A DNA stretch of 64,000 nt from Chitinophagaceae bacterium (GTDB taxonomy: Bacteria; Bacteroidota; Bacteroidia; Chitinophagales; Chitinophagaceae), in the NCBI GenBank assembly GCA_947456805.1, contig CANGTN010000005.1:1594-65593 (forward strand), given 5' to 3'. The position numbers were made by a program, and so were the translations under genes. This document shows positions 61,810 through 64,000 of this stretch, piece by piece; the first letter of the stretch is position 1, and every line of letters begins with the position of its first letter. The notes beneath the pieces were generated by a model. The model had not been told where the DNA came from. It saw only the letters and a program-made list of their open reading frames with translations, and searched no databases.

Positions 61810-62839
61810 AATCTTCCCAAACGCTCAATCCCTCACTGCAGTTGGAGCAGATGTCAATATTTTTTCTGCTGCTCATCAGTTCACGGCGAAATTGTTTGTA
61901 ATTATCATTATTCCAGGTTGCTTTGAAGCTTTGGATTTTTAAGTTGCCCAACTGGTGCGTAGCATCTTTATCAAAACAACAAGGCACAACCAATCCATCC
62001 CAGGTAATTACATTGGCATGCCACAATTTCCAGCAATGATTGCCTAAGCCGCTTTTTGAAATTGTTTTCCCGTCCTTGTCTTTTTTGTATCGGCTGTATT
62101 TTTTTATTGAAGGAATCAATTGATTGGGGTCGTTTTCAAAATCATACACCTGTGCAGTTTTAAATCTTACCTGATCTACCCCAATTTCTTTACCTAATTT
62201 TTTTATTTCCTCTATCTGATGTTCATTGGGTTTTACTACTAAAAATTGAAAAAATACAAATGGTGTTTTGCTATTCAATGCTTTTTTCCATTTTACAATA
62301 TTCTTTGCGCCTTCAATTACTTTTTCCAGATTTCCTCCTACTCTGTATGATTGATAAACATCCTGCGTTGTGCCGTCAATACTGATAATCAATCGGTCTA
62401 AACCGCTTTCTACAGTTGCTTTTGCTTTGGCATCGGTGAGATAATGTGCGTTTGTGCTTGTGGCAGTATAAATGCCTTTGTTGTGTGCATACTGTACCAT
62501 CTTTAAAAAATCGGGATTCAAATAGGGTTCTCCTTGAAAATAAAAAATCAGGTACAATAATTCTTTGTAAATATCATCGATAGTTTGTTCAAAAAATGAT
62601 TTTTCCAGCATGCCCGTTGGTCTGGTAAACTCTCTCAAGCCACTCGGGCATTCAGGACACCTTAGATTGCAACTAGTGGTTGGTTCAAATGAAATAGAAA
62701 TAGGATAACCCCATTGAACCGGCTTACCTGAAATTTTACTGAGTTGATAACTCAGCCACACAATTCCTGCATTCCAGGTACGGCGGAATGTAAATTTTGA
62801 AATTAGATTAAGACTGTCATTTAAATTGAAGTACGGCAT
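61808..62839 (-). CDS. Radical SAM / SPASM domain-containing protein
   Basis: 343 aa. CNLRCPECP (CxxxCxxC) at about residue 57. C-terminal Cys-rich SPASM-like region HCWKLW...VVPCCFDKD...DICSNCSEG. Confidence 0.8.
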   Translation of the reverse strand: MPYFNLNDSLNLISKFTFRRTWNAGIVWLSYQLSKISGKPVQWGYPISISFEPTTSCNLRCPECPSGLREFTRPTGMLEKSFFEQTIDDIYKELLYLIFYFQGEPYLNPDFLKMVQYAHNKGIYTATSTNAHYLTDAKAKATVESGLDRLIISIDGTTQDVYQSYRVGGNLEKVIEGAKNIVKWKKALNSKTPFVFFQFLVVKPNEHQIEEIKKLGKEIGVDQVRFKTAQVYDFENDPNQLIPSIKKYSRYKKDKDGKTISKSGLGNHCWKLWHANVITWDGLVVPCCFDKDATHQLGNLKIQSFKATWNNDNYKQFRRELMSSRKNIDICSNCSEGLSVWED

Positions 62840-63092
62840 AATGCAGTTGTAAAAATAGGCGATAATTTTTTATGGTAATTTAGTTTAAAAGTTGGGGTTT
62901 TATGGTTTTTCGTTGAAGAGGTTCCGGAAGTTTATAAGGGATGAAGAAGTTGAAAAATAAATAAATGAATTTTAACCGGATAAATTAAGCCAACTTGTTA
63001 AATTGAAAGTTCAAAAATTTAATAATTTTAATTCTTTTTTTTGGAATTTATATTTCATCCCGCTTTCATCAAAAATATTCAATCTTTGTACC

Positions 63093-64000
63093 ATGAAAAT
63101 TTTATTTTCTTGTTTGTTTTTGTTGATTGCAGAGTTACATGCACAAGAAAATCAGTGCAAGCAAAATTTTATTGATATAGCTGCATTGGAACAGAAACGA
63201 TTTGCTTCTTCCAATAATGATCTAACCAAAACATTTGCATCATCTAATTTCTCTATTTATTACAGTCGTTGTGTTTGGAAGGTAGATCCAGCGGTAAGGT
63301 ACATTGAAGGGAAGGTGACGTCTTACATTACGGCTTCTGCTTCAACCAATTCGATCACTTTTGATTTAACCAATAGTTTAGTAGTAGATAGCATATTATT
63401 CAGAAATCAGAAAATCGGATTTACACAAAACGCCAATTCAACACTTGATCTACAACTTTCTGCTACATTAAATGCCAATCAAAAAGATTCAGTAACTATT
63501 TGCTACAAAGGCATTCCGGGCAATACAGGCTTTGGCTCATTTATACAGACTACACATAACAATACGCCTGTAATATGGACACTCAGTGAGCCTTATGGTG
63601 CAAGGGATTGGTGGCCTTGTCGCAACGGATTGGATGATAAAGTAGACAGCATTGATGTTTTTATTGTTCACCCTACTCAATACAAGGCTACATCTAATGG
63701 TTTGTTGCAAAGTGAAATTACAGCAGGAGCAACAACAACCACTTTTTTTAAACATCGATATCCCATCGCATCTTATTTAGTTTGTTTTTCGGTAACTAAC
63801 TTTTCTGTTTTCACAAATTCGGTTCAATTGGGTAATGTTAATTTGCCAGTAGTGACTTATGTGTATCCCGAAAGCATCAACGATTTTCAACCATTCACTT
63901 ACAAAGTTTTAGATGCAATGCAGTTGTTTCACAACACGTTTGCACCTTATCCTTTTATCAAAGAAAAATATGGTCATACACAGTTTGGATGGGGTGGAGG
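63093..64000 (+). CDS. M1-family metallopeptidase (aminopeptidase N-like), N-terminal part; continues beyond the window end
   Basis: Own translation from ATG 63093: MKILFSCLFLLIAELHAQ (signal peptide)...TLSEPYGARDWWPCRNGLDDK...YPFIKEKYGHTQFGWGG. EPxGARxWxPC is the M1 N-domain signature. The HExxH motif would lie just past position 64000. Absent from the ORF track because there is no stop codon in the window. Confidence 0.8.
   Translation, partial: MKILFSCLFLLIAELHAQENQCKQNFIDIAALEQKRFASSNNDLTKTFASSNFSIYYSRCVWKVDPAVRYIEGKVTSYITASASTNSITFDLTNSLVVDSILFRNQKIGFTQNANSTLDLQLSATLNANQKDSVTICYKGIPGNTGFGSFIQTTHNNTPVIWTLSEPYGARDWWPCRNGLDDKVDSIDVFIVHPTQYKATSNGLLQSEITAGATTTTFFKHRYPIASYLVCFSVTNFSVFTNSVQLGNVNLPVVTYVYPESINDFQPFTYKVLDAMQLFHNTFAPYPFIKEKYGHTQFGWGG

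Overview
AT-rich, densely coding chromosomal window. I count 41 protein-coding genes. Two run off the window edges and so are missing from the ORF track: ligA at 1-1709 (minus strand) and an M1 aminopeptidase from 63093 (plus strand). I saw no rRNA, tRNA, CRISPR array, transposase, integrase or phage genes. The gene content places it in Bacteroidota, probably a Chitinophagia/Sphingobacteriia-like organism (inference): a SusC/SusD pair, GldH, SprA, four proteins ending in T9SS sorting domains, TAnnTTTG promoter boxes and many lipoproteins. Most genes are housekeeping (ligA, pheS, lnt, ruvA, fabH, feoB, leuS, ftsX, uppP, a split metH, recR). Seven parts deserve a second look. (1) An alpha-glucan utilisation locus (T9SS-secreted GH13 + SusC + SusD + SusE/F-like) sits behind an NrtR-like Nudix-type regulator, with two phased TGTGT-N7-ACACA palindromes, one on top of the -7 promoter box. 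(2) gldH is translationally coupled (ATGA overlap, then an 8-nt overlap) to a histidine kinase / OmpR-type regulator pair. (3) Two tandem paralogous ~875-aa T9SS type-B cargo genes are packed behind lnt and an alpha/beta hydrolase, with no PorP/SprF-like partner nearby. (4) The T9SS translocon gene sprA lies behind ruvA. (5) A radical SAM/SPASM enzyme with no visible precursor peptide lies directly upstream of a T9SS type-A surface protein, separated by an A12 tract. (6) A UvrD-type helicase is fused to a 4-Cys PD-(D/E)XK nuclease in a cluster with recR. (7) An 11-bp perfect palindrome made of two back-to-back -7 boxes sits in the 329-nt leuS/ftsX spacer. I could not identify a clear-cut novel multi-gene system such as a defence island. 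The T9SS-linked and PUL-linked regulatory couplings are my best candidates, and all functional links are inference.
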